Assembly (NCBI RefSeq): GCF_004010195.1
Contig: NC_057718.1
Coordinates: 79,127,852-79,191,851 of the forward strand
Direction: 5' to 3'
Origin: Chiloscyllium plagiosum
Lineage: Eukaryota
Length of the DNA: 64,000 nt
Below, one piece after another: positions 62,301 through 64,000 of this stretch. Position 1 is the stretch's first letter; every line of letters begins with the position of its first letter. The notes below the pieces were generated by a model, which worked only from the letters and a program-made list of their open reading frames with translations, had not been told where the DNA came from and searched no databases. The position numbers and the translations under genes are program-made.

Positions 62301-64000
62301 TTTAAACATGAGAGAATTATATTGTATTATTCTGTAGTAATAAACTCAAATTTCATTTAGTTTCTTCCATTCAATTCTGTATCATATAATCAGTGCATTC
62401 TCAAAGTTTGGCATTCTAGATTCTAGTAATCAAATAGGCATTATGACAATATCTTGAGATAACAGAAGCCCTATGAGATCAGTTACTGTACTAATCAAAA
62501 ACATTTTCTTACTTTTTAAAAACCAAGAGGACATCTCAAATTCTCAGACTACAAAAACAGATTAAAGGAAATGTTTAGGAGTCCACTGACTATTTCATAG
62601 AAAGTCAAAGAGCACCATATGTGAGGCAAAAGTATTGAGAAGTAAAGAAATTCCAACTTCACCTTCTGAAACTTATGTTCCTTATTTTGAAGTTTGAAAT
62701 ATATTAAATAATTCATCTATTTAAAATCTGCAAAGTGCATACTCCAGGTAAACTAAGCCCTTTAGAATTTATTTACTTTACTGTTTCCCATCCCTATAAA
62801 ATAATCAGCCTCCTGGAGTTGCACCATTCTCTTGATAAGCCACTCTTTCTAATGGTGCCAAAATTACACACTGGGAGAGGCACAGAGCTACAGGTCGATT
62901 ATTTTCTTGCACTATGGTGAAATGCCTCATCTGCATTCATTTCACAGGAAAGATTACAGCAAGATCAGTGGTGTGCTTGGAAAGCCAGATACAAATCTAT
63001 AATTTTTGATCTGTAACTGTTATGCAACAGCAATCTGCAAGACCAGATCCACCTACTTCGCCGACAAAGCACCTTTGTTTGTCAAGGATATGATCACATA
63101 CCAAAAATATTTCAATTAGGTAATGAAAGACAATCTTGATCCAAGTAACCCTTAAAAATGACTCTGATTCAGTAAAATACAAAATGCATTTGAATTAGTT
63201 AGAAGCACAATTTTATGTTATTAGAAAAAAAGCTGAATTCTTCCATTACACCAGGTTCTCTTTTTAAAAAAAAAATTCATTTCCATTTAGATTGAAATGT
63301 CATAATATTGAAAACATCAATATGTCAGATCTCCAAGTGACACTATTGGTGTAGAATTCTGACAAAATCCAATTTCACCATTTCTTATTACTGTGCGAAT
63401 GGTTTCACACACCACATACATCACAAAAGGATACCAATCCACACTACCCTTTAGTGCGGATTCAAGGTGGCACTCTACACAGTGATCTTCACGCTAAAGA
63501 AACCGCAATTTAGGTGCAATTATCCCCTTGACCCCAGTATCTGTCAACTCATTTTCAAAAAAAAATTGCTTTGTTTGGAGGTACTGGCAGTCTCAGTGGA
63601 AATTAATTTTTTCGGTTCATATCATTGTTGCCATAGCTGGAGCCCTTTTCTATTTCTGTCATTCCGATCATCCATCGCATACCAATGGAGGCTGGAAAAC
63701 AAAGATAGCATTTTCAATACATAATATAGAAAAATCCAGATTATCAGTTCAATTTGCTAACAGTTCAAATACAAATTAAAAGGATGCTTGTTTGCAAATT
63801 CACAGTCCTTCATAAACAACTTAAAAATGTTTCATTAGATTCAGTTGGTCCTCAACAATCATTGGTTCATCCATACTAACATTCAAGTAGCAGTAAGTAT
63901 GCACAAAGAAGCAGGGAACAAGGAACATAACTGAAAGCATAGTAGTAGTAAAACGGGCAATTATTCAAAGCACCAGAAGTAGAAAGCAAAGTTCCATAAG

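Noticed and set aside
1..64000. CRISPR arrays, operons or prokaryotic systems
   Set aside because: The sequence is a vertebrate intron/exon locus; no regularly spaced repeat-spacer array was seen.

Overview
Vertebrate genomic DNA. The repeat content (HE1/V-SINE-type and Deu-type SINEs, CR1 LINEs, abundant Penelope-like elements) points to a cartilaginous fish, probably a shark (inference). The + strand carries the last 11 coding exons of MAP3K4 (MEKK4) at 3537-43000, read manually through GT-AG junctions with consistent phases, including the whole kinase domain, followed by the 3' UTR. No other host coding exon was recognised; the rest of the ORF track is retroelement debris or chance. The notable structure is non-coding. 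(1) Several Penelope-like retroelement families have terminal repeats containing hammerhead-ribozyme-like cores (CUGANGA...GAAA). They occur as long copies with inverted ends, nested stacks, and 100-280 bp solo, fold-back or circularly permuted mini-insertions, mostly with 10-14 bp target-site duplications (TSDs). (2) Two local inverted duplications have very similar geometry (~250 bp arms, ~0.8 kb spacer). (3) There are several templated-insertion scars. (4) An inverted pair of young SINEs brackets one in-frame MAP3K4 exon. Repeat boundaries and percent identities are by-eye estimates.
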